Of a stretch of 21,946 bases of DNA, positions 1 to 10,200 are shown piece by piece. A program made the position numbers and the translations under genes. The DNA comes from Myxococcota bacterium (lineage in GTDB: Bacteria > Myxococcota_A > UBA9042 > PHBI01 > JAWLBL01): the NCBI GenBank assembly GCA_041687695.1, contig JAWLBL010000053.1, positions 1 to 21,946 of the forward strand, given 5' to 3'. Below the pieces are notes generated by a model that saw nothing but the letters and a program-made list of their open reading frames with translations, searched no databases and was not told where the DNA came from. The stretch's first letter is position 1. Each line of letters starts with the position of its first letter.

Positions 1-40
1 GCCGCTCCGTGCTCATGCTCGCTTCTCCAATCGAGGTCAT
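1..40 (-). CDS. 5' end of a probable gene running off the window (MTSIGEASMSTER...), translationally coupled to the DUF4157-OmpA gene
   Basis: ATG at 40 overlaps the TGA at 39-37 (ATGA). An in-frame ATG at 16 has GGAG 8 nt upstream. Too short to identify. Confidence 0.35.
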   Translation of the reverse strand, partial: MTSIGEASMSTER

Positions 41-1176
41 GAAGCAAGCTTGCACGAGGAGACGGGAGCGGGGGAGATACCCGATATCGGACGGTTACGG
101 TCTGCGGATGCTCGTCTCTCCCGCGTCAGCATGTAGATGTCGACCCGCCGGTGCTCCGCCTCGCTGGCCTCGTCGCCACGGGCGCCATGGGCTCGCAGCT
201 GAATCTCGGGTTCCGGCTCGGCTTCGTCGTACGGCGACGAGACGAGCGAGTGCACGATGGCAGCGCTCACGGCGTCGGCGCGCCGCAGCGACAGCCTCAT
301 GTTGTGCTCGGCGGTCCCTCGGATGGAAGCGTAGCCGTGGACCTCGAAGCGGACGACGCGCGATCCGCGGCCTGACTCGACGGCCTCGGCTACCACCGCG
401 AGATCGGCCGGATCCAGCTCGGCGCCGTCGTTCGGGAAGAAGGCCTTGGCCACGAGCTGCCGGCCACCCGCGGCCGGATGTCCAACCATCAAGGACAGCA
501 GCTTCGGAGATCGATCCTGGGCCTCTTCCCCTACCTTCGCAGCACCCGACCTGCTCCCCTTCGGTCTTCGCTGAACGCCTTCGCCGCGAGACCCCAGCGC
601 GATGGTTGCCGACCGCCCCTCCATCACCGCCGCCGCGAACGCGTCCGCCTCGGCCTCCGAGCCCGGCTCGTGGCTCGACCCCTCATCCGTGACCGCCCCT
701 CCGTGTCCACTGGCCATCCGAGCCGCCCCCTGCTGCACCGCATGCGCGGCCTCATGAGCCTGCAACTCGAGGTCCGGCTTCTCCTGGGCGAAGACCACAT
801 CACCGCCAATCGTGAAGGCCTCGGCCCCGACCGTCTCGCAGACCTGCTTCGCCATCGGCCCATGGTGCGCCCGCACGCCCTGCAGGTTCGCACCCGTCGC
901 AGCCTCTATTGCCGCGGCGCCTGGCAGCGGGCCCCCGGACGACGTGAGCACTTCCCCCTCGCCCCCAAGCCCAGCCCAGTCCCAGTCGTCCGGCGCCAGC
1001 TCGGGATGCCGCTCGACCAATGCCAGGAACGAGGGGTGTCGATGCAGGGCCTCGCGGAGCTCGAGAAGCCTGAGCTCCGTCGCCACCCCGAGGTCCCGCT
1101 CGTTGGACGCGCTCCCATGTCCCGCTCCATCCTCATCCTCCGCGGTCGACGACCTCGTCCTCCTGGTCCGCTCCAC
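37..1176 (-). CDS. DUF4157 (eCIS core) domain + OmpA_C-like peptidoglycan-binding domain fusion protein, 379 aa
   Basis: DUF4157 motifs GGPLP..IEAATGANLQGVRAH..GAEAFTIGGDVVF..LQAHEAAHAVQQ..EAEAD..VQR. OmpA_C motifs FFPNDGAEL..VHGYAS..HNMRLSLRRADAV..EHRRVDI. GTG start preceded by GGAGG. No signal peptide. Confidence 0.85.
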   Translation of the reverse strand: MERTRRTRSSTAEDEDGAGHGSASNERDLGVATELRLLELREALHRHPSFLALVERHPELAPDDWDWAGLGGEGEVLTSSGGPLPGAAAIEAATGANLQGVRAHHGPMAKQVCETVGAEAFTIGGDVVFAQEKPDLELQAHEAAHAVQQGAARMASGHGGAVTDEGSSHEPGSEAEADAFAAAVMEGRSATIALGSRGEGVQRRPKGSRSGAAKVGEEAQDRSPKLLSLMVGHPAAGGRQLVAKAFFPNDGAELDPADLAVVAEAVESGRGSRVVRFEVHGYASIRGTAEHNMRLSLRRADAVSAAIVHSLVSSPYDEAEPEPEIQLRAHGARGDEASEAEHRRVDIYMLTRERRASADRNRPISGISPAPVSSCKLAS

Positions 1177-1235
1177 CCCGCACCTCCCATCACCTCGCCT
1201 TCACGGCGGCGCACACGCGGCTCCTCATCTCGAGG

Positions 1236-1286
1236 CCTCTTGCAGCCTAAACCGCCCTCGCCGTCCCGCGCAACCGACCTGGGTCG
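1236..1286 (-). repeat. Copy 1 of a ~50-bp dispersed direct repeat containing a candidate sigma70 promoter (TTGCGC-18-TAGGCT) and an adjacent palindrome
   Basis: 1236-1280 matches 4203-4247 at 40/45 positions. -35 at 1273-1268, -10 at 1249-1244. The promoter points at the gene starting at 1176. Confidence 0.75.
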
Positions 1287-1301
1287 CTTGCCTGCACCTC
1301 C

Positions 1302-2753
1302 CACCGCGTCCGCGCCGCCCTCGCCGCCGCCGCCGACCCGGCCACCCCCGAGGGCCGCGACCTCCTGCTGAAGCTCGCCGCCGACCCCCACGACCACGTC
1401 CGCTCGGCCGCGCGCCTGCGCCTGCGCTACACCGACGTCGAGCTGCCCTGGTGGCTCGGCCTCTTCCCCGACGATCCCTTCGTCACCCTGCCCCCCGAGG
1501 TCGCCGCCCAGGCCGCCGGCCCCCTCGCCGCCCTCGCGCAGCTCCTCCAGGACCCGCGCGACCTCACCTGGGGACAGCGGCGCGAGCAGGCCATCCAGCA
1601 CGTCCGCGCCCTCCCCGACGCCCTCGTCACCAGCCTCGTGCCTCGCCTCCTCCCTGGCGAGCGCGACCGCGGCCTGACCGCCGACCTCATCCTCGACCTC
1701 CTCCGCCGTGACGGCGGCGCCCAGGCCCTGCACCCCGTCCTCGCCTCGGCGAGCGACGACCGCCACAGCGACCTCGGCTTCTTGCTCTCCGAGCTCGGCC
1801 CCCACCTCGCCCGGCTCCCCGCCCCTCGCCGCGCCGACTTCCGCCGCGTCTTCGGCGGCCTCAGCCCCAAGTCGCTCGGCTGGGAGCCCCTCGAGCGCGC
1901 CGCCCTCCTCGCTCGCGGCCTCCACGAGCCCGACGAGGACCTCTGGCCCCTCCTCACCGCCGCGCTCGAGGCCACCCCCGAGACCGACATCGCCCCCTTC
2001 TTGACCCGCCCCCCGGTCCCCGGCACCCCCTTGGCCGAGAACGTCGCCGCCGTCCTCCGCGACGGCTTCCCGGCACCGTTCAACCAGTGCGCCTACACGC
2101 TGCGCGGGTGGCTGACCAAGGCCCCCATGCCCTGGCTCCGCGACCTCGCCCTCTCCCTCCTCGTCGCCCAGGACGACACCACCCGCCGCTGGGCCCTCGA
2201 GCGGCTGACCGCCGAGGCCCACGACGAGGCCCTCGACGGTCCCCTGACCGACCGCGCCGTCGCCCTCGCCCTCGATCCCCGCTTCTCGGCCGACTTCCTG
2301 GCCGACCGCACCCTGACCCTTCGCGCCGCCCCCCTGTACCGCGGCCGCCTCGCCCGCCAAGAAGCCACCCTCGCCGAGGCCTACGCCGTCCTCCAGGCGC
2401 TCCCTTCCAAGCCCTCCGACAAACCCGACACCCCACCCCCCATCACCGCCCCCGAGCGCGCCGAGTTCCGCCGCCTCCGCGACGCCGCCATCGCCGCCGA
2501 CCCCACCCTCGCCCGCCAGTACCAATACTGGCTCCGCGTCCGCGAGCCCGGCCACCCCGAGGACGCCCCGCTCCTCGACCGCCTGGCCTCCGGAGCCCAA
2601 TCCCCCCAAGAGGCCGACGCCATCGTCAGCCTCCTCGTCTACTCCGGCGACCCCGCCATCGAGGCGCCCATCGCCCGCGACCTCCTCGCCCGCTTCCCCG
2701 CCCCCCACGTCGAGATCGCCGTGAACTTCTTCCTGCGCCGCTTCAAGGGCTGA
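1302..2753 (+). pseudogene. 5'-truncated alpha-helical (HEAT-repeat-like) protein gene
   Basis: The frame of ORF 1638..2753 is open back to TAA at 1248-1250. Strongly C-ending codons and protein-like sequence start near 1302 (HRVRAALAAAADPATPEGRDLLLKLAADPHDHVRSAAR, a HEAT-like LxxDxxxxVRxAA motif). There is no ATG/GTG/TTG until 1638. Confidence 0.6.
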
Positions 2754-3049
2754 CCAACCCCGCGGTTCCGCACCCTTCCAGCCGCGTGGGCCGCGTCGTT
2801 GACTCGCCGCCAAGAGCCCGCTTCCCAGCCCCACGACTGGACTGCGCGAGCTCGCCCATGCTCCGGCGCGCAGCGCGGCTCGCCGCGCCGAATGCGAGGC
2901 GTGGCGAGCCCAACCGAGGCTCTGCGCTCGCCGGCTCCATCGCCCGACGCTCCTCGACCGACGCTCCAGCTTGCCCTACCCTGGCGTCGGCCCGGTGCGC
3001 CTCATTGCGCCACGACCAGGCCCACACGAGGGCCAAGGAGGCAGCACTC

Positions 3050-3856
3050 ATGAGACTCGAAGGTAAGGTCGCGGTCGTCACCGGCGCCGGCAGCGGCATC
3101 GGGCAGGCGTTGGTCCTCGAGCTCCTGCGCCGCGGGGCCCGCGTCGCCGCCGTCGATCTCCGCCAAGAAGGCCTCGCGGCGACCACCGCCCGGGCCGGCG
3201 CCCCTTCGGCGCTCTCGACCCACGTCCTCGACGTCACCGACCGCCAGGCCGTCGAGGCCCTCCCCGCGGCCGTCGTCGCCCAGCACGGCGCGGTGGACGT
3301 GCTCATCAACAACGCGGGCATCATCCAGCCCTTCGTGCGCATCGCCGACCTCGACTACGACCTCGTCCGCAGGTTGATGGACGTCAACTTCTACGGCCCG
3401 CTCTACCTGCTCAAGGCCTTCCTGCCCCTCCTCCGCGCCCGCCCGGCGGCCCACGTCGCCAACGTCTCCAGCATGGGCGCCTTCCTGCCCGTCCCCGGCC
3501 AGGCGGTCTACGGCGCGACCAAGGCGGCCCTCAAGCTCCTCACCGAGGCCCTCCACGCCGAGCTGCTCGACACCTCGGTCGGCGTCTCCGTCGTCATGCC
3601 CGGCGCCATCGCCACCGACATCGCCGCCAACTCGGGCGTCCACCTCGACCTCCCCGACGACGACACCCCCCAGGCCGGCCGCGCCCTCCCCGCCGACCGC
3701 GCCGCCCACATCATCCTCGACGGCCTCGAAAGGGACGACCTCCACATCGTCGTCGGCTCCGACGCCAAGCTCATGTACCTGGCCAACCGCATCGCCCCCG
3801 AAGCCTCCATCCGCCTCATCCAGAAGAAGATGAAGAACCTCCTCGGCCCCGACTGA
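3050..3856 (+). CDS. Classical short-chain dehydrogenase/reductase (SDR), 268 aa
   Basis: TGAGSGIG Rossmann motif, NNAG, catalytic S (VSS) and YGATK. RBS AAGGAGG at 3035-3041 before ATG 3050. Confidence 0.95.
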   Translation: MRLEGKVAVVTGAGSGIGQALVLELLRRGARVAAVDLRQEGLAATTARAGAPSALSTHVLDVTDRQAVEALPAAVVAQHGAVDVLINNAGIIQPFVRIADLDYDLVRRLMDVNFYGPLYLLKAFLPLLRARPAAHVANVSSMGAFLPVPGQAVYGATKAALKLLTEALHAELLDTSVGVSVVMPGAIATDIAANSGVHLDLPDDDTPQAGRALPADRAAHIILDGLERDDLHIVVGSDAKLMYLANRIAPEASIRLIQKKMKNLLGPD

Positions 3857-3869
3857 CCCGACATCCGCT

Positions 3870-4026
3870 CATTTGACACAGTGGCCGCCTTCAGCCCGGC
3901 AATAGCCCCCCTCCTTGCAGCCAGCCGAACCGGGTCCGGGGCGCCTGCCAGCGCTTCCTCGCTCGAGCTGCCAGGACAACCCCACAGCACGACGGACAGC
4001 GCCGCGCCGAGCATCACGATGAGCAT
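3870..4026 (-). pseudogene. Possible 5' remnant of a lipoprotein gene (MLIVMLGAALSVVLWGC-PGSSSEE...)
   Basis: Hydrophobic stretch with lipobox LWGC, downstream of repeat copy 2 and an AAGGAGG at ~4136-4130. The frame then runs antisense into the SDR gene with no independent stop nearby. Confidence 0.35.
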
Positions 4027-4202
4027 CCCACCAGGAGTCACTCTCCCGGCTCCTGCCCAGGGTGCCTGTGCGCGGGATGCGACTCCAAGCTTTACTGCAC
4101 ACTTACCAGCTGGCGTTCCAACACTGCGACCTCCTTTCCCTTTGCAGTGGCCTGCGCCTCGAAGTCTCGCATGTTCACGCTTCGCAGGTATTCGTCGAGA
4201 GA

Positions 4203-4254
4203 CCTCGTGCAGCCTAGACCGCCGTCGCCGTCCCATGCAACCGACCTACGTCGG
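4203..4254 (-). repeat. Copy 2 of the ~50-bp dispersed direct repeat (TTGCAT-18-TAGGCT plus palindrome CCGAC-N4-GTCGG)
   Basis: Lies 2967 bp from copy 1. -35 at 4240-4235, -10 at 4216-4211, palindrome at 4241-4254. Ends 17 bp from the stop codon of the giant gene. Confidence 0.75.
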
Positions 4255-4270
4255 CGGCCGCGGCCGGGGG

Positions 4271-7200
4271 TCAGGGGCTACAGTAGTAGCCCGAGAGGAA
4301 CCAGTAGACGCAATTGCCCGAGGCGCACTGCTGGTGGACGTCGCAGGGGGAGTCGTTGGGGAGGTTCTGATAGGTGGCGCAGGTGTTGTGGACGAGCTTG
4401 CCGCTGTAGACGCACATGTTGGACTGGCACCACCCGTCGTCTTCGCACCAGGAGCTGGTGTTGCTCGTGACCTTGGGGGTGTGACACCGGCCCTCCTGGT
4501 TGTCGACGGTCCAGGAGCCCATGTCGCAGTAGCTGTTCGAGCCGTGCTCGGCGTGGCAGTCGGAGTGGCTCGTGCAGCGGCACAGGCCGTTCCAGCACTC
4601 GCCGCCGATGCATTGGTTGCTGGCGGTGCAGGCCTGCCAGTTGCCCTTGCTGGACGGCATCGGGGCGCACTTGTAGCCCTGGCCAGGGTCGCAGATTCCG
4701 CTGGCGCAGTGCTCGTGGATGTCGCACGTGGAGCCTTCGGGCAGCGCGAGGACGGTGTAGCAGATGTTCTTGTTCTGGCGGCCGCTGAAAGTGCACAGGC
4801 CGCTTTCACACCAGCCGCCGTCCTCGCAGTAGGCGGCGACGTTGCTGGGCTGCTTGGGCGAGTGGCACTTGCCCTCCTCGTTGCCGGCGAGCCAGGGGCC
4901 CATGTCGCAGTAGCTGTCCGCGCCCAGGTCCGCGTGGCAGTCGCCGTGGCTCGTGCAGCGGCAGACCCAGCCCCAGCACTCGCCCGAGATGCACTGCTCG
5001 TCGGCCTCGCACTCCTCCCAGTTGTGCCGGGTGGCGGGCGTGACGCACTTGCCGCTCGTGCCGCAGACGAGGCCCGCGGCGCACTCGGAGGTGGCGTCGC
5101 ACCACTGACCGGCCAGACGCGGGGCGATGCAGAGCCCGGACTCGGGCGTGATTCCCCAGTCGCCCGTCTTGCAGACGGTCCCGGGGGCGACCTGCTGGCA
5201 CTGCTCGTTGGTGGTGCACAGGCACTGGGCACCCCAGGTGGCGGTGCCCCAGCACTCGCCGAGGCCGCAGTGGAGGACGTCGAAGCACTCCTCGCCAAGG
5301 GTGGCGCCGCCTGGCGTGTAGCAGCGCTTCTGGAGGTTGCCTGGGCGGTAGCCGCAGGCGCCGCTGATGCACTGGCCGTCCTGCAGGCAGCCGATGCCGT
5401 CGTCGAGCGGCTCGGCGCAGATGGCGATGGGGAAGGCGACCCACGGGTCACAGAAGCCGCTCAGGCACTCGTGGTCGCCCGCCAGGACGCCGGCGCACTG
5501 CTCGCCGAGGGGGCGCTTGGGCCAGCACTTGCCGAGGGCGTCGCAGAACTCGCCGTCGCCGCACATGGCGTCGACCCAGCAGCGCGTGAAGCAGTCGAAC
5601 TCGGTGACCTCGAGGCCGCCGCCGTCGATGCAGACGCCGACCTTGCACGAGAAGGTCTCGTCGATGACGGGCGGGTTCACGACGACGTCCCCGTGGCCGC
5701 AGGTCTTGCCCGTCGCGAAGTCCACGGTGAAGGACAGCGTCGCCTGGCCGAGGTCGTGGTCGAAGATCACCGGGAGGTCGATGAACGACGCGAAGGCGAT
5801 CCCGGCCTCGTCGATGGCGATGCTCTGGCTGGCCAGCACGATGCCGCCGACGCTGACCTCGCCGTCGACGGTGAGCTGCCAGGGCTCGAAGTGCATGGCG
5901 CCCGCGACGCGCACGCCGAAGGGCAGGTTCCAGTCGATGGCGCCGTCGACGGTCAGGGTGTACTGGTCGAGGCCCGCGCAGGTCTGCCCGGGCGGGCAGC
6001 CGACGAAGAAGGCGCCCGAGGCGATGGTCGAGTCGCCCGTCGGCCCGCCGCGCCACTCGACGCGGCCCGAGGCCGACAGGGTCGCGCTCTCGAGCTGGAC
6101 GCCGCCGAAGAGGCCGTCGTCGAAGTCGCCCTGGACGCCGTTGGGGCCGTTGCCGGTGAACCAGAGCGAGCCCAGCGGCCCGAAGTCGAGCAGGCTCATC
6201 GCGCGCTGGTAGTACTCGCCCGAGAACTGCAGCGTGGTGGTGTCGAGGTAGAGCCACTGGCTGAAGCCCATGGCGAGGCCGAAGAGCGGGAGGTCGAGCT
6301 CGACGCCCGAGCGGAGCTCGGCAGAGAACTCGGGAGGCATGGCGACGAGCGTGGCGGAGGTGCGGAGGAAGGCGTCGCCCGGCGGGCTGGGCGCGGCGTG
6401 GGCGGCGCCGGTGAAGCTGCCGTGGAGCGCGTCGCCGGCGTGGTGGCGGCTGTTGTGGACGACGGAGCCGCCGGCGTCCCAGTCGAAGGCGTAGCGGGCG
6501 AGGAGGTCCGGGCTCTGGCTGTCGCCGATGGCGAGGAAGCGCCGGTTGCGCTGCAGCTCGCTGCTGGTCCGGAAGGTGCGCCAGATGCGGACCTCGTCGA
6601 TCGCGTCGAAGCCGAGGCCCACCGTGGCGCCGGCGGTCGTGGCGCCGAGCCCGATGTCGGCGGCGCCGTCGTCGGGGAGGAGGTTGTGGGCGACGCCGTC
6701 GACCACCGCGATGCCCGCGCCGCCGCGGAGGCTGACGGCGACGTGGGTCCAGTCGGTGGTGTCGGCGACGCCGCGCACGGTGCGGAGGGTGCGCGTGAGG
6801 CCGCCGTCGCGGAGGGTCACGACGACCCAGGCCAATTCGGCGCCGGGGTCCTCGCCGTCCGAGTCGAAGTCGGTGGACGTCTCGAGGTCGAGCAGCGGGT
6901 ACTGCGACAGCGGCTCGATGACCTCGGAGGCGCCGAGCTTGGCCAGCGCGATGGTGAGGCCGCCGGTGCCGTCGCTATCGTCATAGAGCAGGGCCGCCTC
7001 GCCGTCGGCCCAGGCGGCCTTCACGACGTGCGCCTCGACCGTGCGGCGGACGTGCGTGCCGGTCTCGTCGGTGAGGGCGACCGGCGCGAGGAGCGCGCTG
7101 GGTGGCAGGGCGACGGAGCCGCCGGCGAGCGCGGCGTGGTCGTCGTAGGGGTCGCCGCCGATGCGCAGGAAGCCGAGGTCCATCTCGGAGACGCGCAGCT

Positions 7201-10200
7201 CCTGGTGGAGCGTGTGCGGCACGAGGAGGCCTACGAAGTCGACGTAGGCGGCCAGGCGTGCGCTCCAGCCGCCCATGATCTCGACCTCGCCGTCGATGCT
7301 GATCCCGGGCTTGAACGAGCGCCCCCACTGGCTGACCGCCTTGGGCGCGAAGAAGAAGCGGGCCTTCTCGATCTCGAAGTCGAAGTACGGGATCTTCGGG
7401 ATGGCGGGGATCTCGGGGATGGGGGGGATGGAGCCCGCCACCTCGCCGAGATCCAGCCCCGTGAGCTGCGTGGCCATGCCGTCCACGATCTCGGTCCAGA
7501 CGAGCGTCGGGTCGGCGGCCTCCTCGAGCGCGAGGTTGAACAACCCCACGGCCGTCTTCAGCAGGCTGTTGATGGCTCCGACGTAGGAGTTGATGCCGAA
7601 GTCGTTCAGCTCCCACCACAGCACCAGATCGAGCCACGGCTTGTAGAGCTTGTGCTCGATCATGGTCGTGAGGCAGGTGTCGGTCTCGTGCCAGTCGAGG
7701 GCCGGGTCCGGCCACTCGCAGTCGAAGCCCTTGTTGTGGGTGGCCATCGACAGGCCGAGCGACAGGGGCAGGCCGGTGTTCATGTTGACGAAGACCGTCA
7801 GCCCCACGCCGTCGTAGGCGAAGTCCTTCATGTAGAAGGGCTCGATGAGCTTGCCCTCGACCCAGACGTTGCCGCCTACGATGCCGCCCTTCTTGGGGTC
7901 GGGCTTGAACTCGAAGGCGGCCTTGCCATAGGCGGGGGCCTCCTGGGTGGTGAGCTGCAGCTCGGCGCTGCCCTCGATGCCGAACATGATGCCGCTATAG
8001 GGGTTGCCCCCCGAGGCGTCCTTGCCGAAGGCGTTCTTGAGGGCGTTGACCGGGGCCTTGAAGACGGCCTTGAGGATCTGCGGCAGGAGGTCGAAGCTGC
8101 CGTAGGCGCGGAGCTTGCTGAGCTTGATGTGCTGCAGACCCGGGAAGAGCTTGGGCGGGACGACGGTCCAGTCGAAGCGGCCCTCGGCGTACAGGGTGAA
8201 CTTGGGCGGCAGCGGGTCGAAGGTGGCGACGGCGACGAAGGTGGGCGTCACCTCGTCGCCCGACAGGTCGGGGATGGGGATGGCCGGGTTGCCGTACAGG
8301 GCGACGCTGAGGCCCGTAGGGATGGCGATGTCGTCGTGGGGGTCGTCCGGGGTGCCGAAGACATCGAAGACGCCGGAGCCGTCGGTCGGCAGCGACGTCA
8401 GCGAGGCGATGAGGGCGGCGCCGGCCTGGGCCTCGAAGGGCGGGATGGTGATGGGGCCGATGGCGGCGGTGATGTACTGGGCGTCGAGGCCGAGGTGGCC
8501 GCGGGCGCGCACCACCTTGCCGGCGTGGTCGGGCTCGATGTCGCCCACGCCGGCGCCCTCGACGAAGTCGGCGGGGCAAGGCGGGGCGAGGCAGACGACT
8601 GCGTCGGCGGCGGCGATGATGTGCGGGAGGTAGCTGCCGGGATCGTCGGCAGGGCCTGCGGGAGCGCCGGTGGCGTCGGTGGTGGCGGCGAAGTAGGTGT
8701 CGAAGACGGGGTCGCGCAGGGTGAACATGCCGTCGAGGGCGCCCGGGACGTCGGGGGACCAGAGCGTGACCGGCGCGGCGTGCATGAACAGGGACCCGTC
8801 GCCGCACAGGGCCGCGGCCTTGGCGCCGCCGCAGGAGGCGAGGACGGTGGCGTCGCAGGCGGCGGACCAGGCGCCCGCGCAGCAGGCGGCGTCGGAGTCG
8901 CAGGCGCACGCGCGGATGTGGGGGTCGCGGCAGGTGTCGACGCGGCTCGTGGCGAGCATGTCGGGGAGGTCGAAGCCGTCCCAGCCGGTCGCGGTCGGGA
9001 TGCCCGTGAGGACGGGGGCCCAGGGGTCGGCGGCGTCGATGGTGACGGTGACCTTGGCCTGGTCGATGGCGTAGGCGGTGGCGAGGGCGAGGGGGCAGCC
9101 GACCAGGGCGTCGACGCAGGCCTGGGTCCACTCGAGGGCGCAGGCGGGGACGGCGGCGGTCACGCAGTCCGACATCTTGGCGTTGTCGCAGCCTCCGTTG
9201 GGGCTGGGGGCGCAGCAGGTGCCGGAGCAGAGGTGGGCCGAGGTGAAGGTGGCGGCGGCGGCGCCCGCGGCGTCGACGGTGAGGACGCCGACGGGGGAGA
9301 TGGCCTCGGTGGCGAGCGGGTGTTGGTCGAGGGTGAAGGGGCGGAAGCGGGCAGTGGAGGCGCTGGTGAGGGCGAGGGTGAAGGGGCCGGCGGCCGGATA
9401 GGGGCCGGCGGCGTCGAAGGTGATGGCCTGGGCGCCGGCGCCGACGGTGAGCTGGCCGGAGACGTCGATGCCGGAGGGGTCGAGGGTGACGACGGCGGAC
9501 GACAGGGAGAGGTCGGCGCCGAGCGGGAGGGCGTCGTGGGTGGCGACGAGGGTCCAGGAGGCCTGGCCGTCGGTGACGGCGAGGGCGCTGAGGGCGGGGT
9601 CGACCGTGAGGTCGTGGCCGCGGAGCGTGACCGTGCCGGTTGGGGCGAGGGTCAGGTCGTAGGGGGCGGTGCGGGACGCGGTGCCGGTGACGGGCCAGGA
9701 GACGCCGCCGGCGGTGGCGAGGCCCGTGAGGGCGAGCGTGGGGGAGGCGGCGCCGTCGGCGTAGCAGAGGGTGGCGGTGGCCGAGTCGATGGCGAAGGCC
9801 TCGAAGTCGGCGGCGACGGGGCCGGAGAGGCACCAGGAGATGGGGAGGCCGGGGGCGGCGCGGGTGAGGGAGGCGGTGACCGGGACGTCGCCGAAGGGCG
9901 GCAAGGGGAAGGTGCCCGAGGCGGTGACCGAGAGGGTGTCGCCGGTGAGGGGAGCGTCGAGGGCGAGCGGGAGGCCGTCGAAGAGCTCGACGAGGTCGCA
10001 GTCGGCGTCCTTGCCGTCGTCGGACAGCTCGGTGGCGCCCGGGTGGATGGCGGCGTCGGCGTCGAAGCAGTCGAGGGGGGCGGAGGGGGTGGCGAGGCCC
10101 TCGGAGGTGGGGCAGGCGAGCGCTGGGGAGGTGACGAGGGCGTCCGTGCGGTAGCCGTCCTGGTCGGCGTCGACGTGGCACAGCTCGAGGCCGTCGCAGT

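Noticed and set aside
906..2834. 642-aa minus-strand ORF, and similar long ORFs 12032..13585(+), 14771..18571(+), 7995..11228(-)
   Set aside because: Shadow or alternate frames of better-supported genes, with R/P/G-rich low-complexity translations.
2087..3049. N-terminal extension of the SDR ORF (589 aa in the track)
   Set aside because: R/P-rich alternate frame over the upstream gene. The strong RBS and the family N-terminus place the start at 3050.
4203..4254. REP element interpretation of the repeat (minus strand contains GTAGGTCGG, and a RAYT-like gene is in the window)
   Set aside because: GTAG sits in the centre of the palindrome rather than 5' of a hairpin, it is not conserved in copy 1, and there are no paired or clustered copies around the transposase.
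1236..4254. CRISPR array or integron attC interpretation
   Set aside because: Only two copies 3 kb apart, with no spacer periodicity, no RYYYAAC/GTTRRRY boxes, and no cas or integrase gene.
4255..4266. Perfect palindrome CGGCCGCGGCCG after the giant gene as a terminator
   Set aside because: GC-only, with no loop and no U-tract, so expected by chance at this composition.
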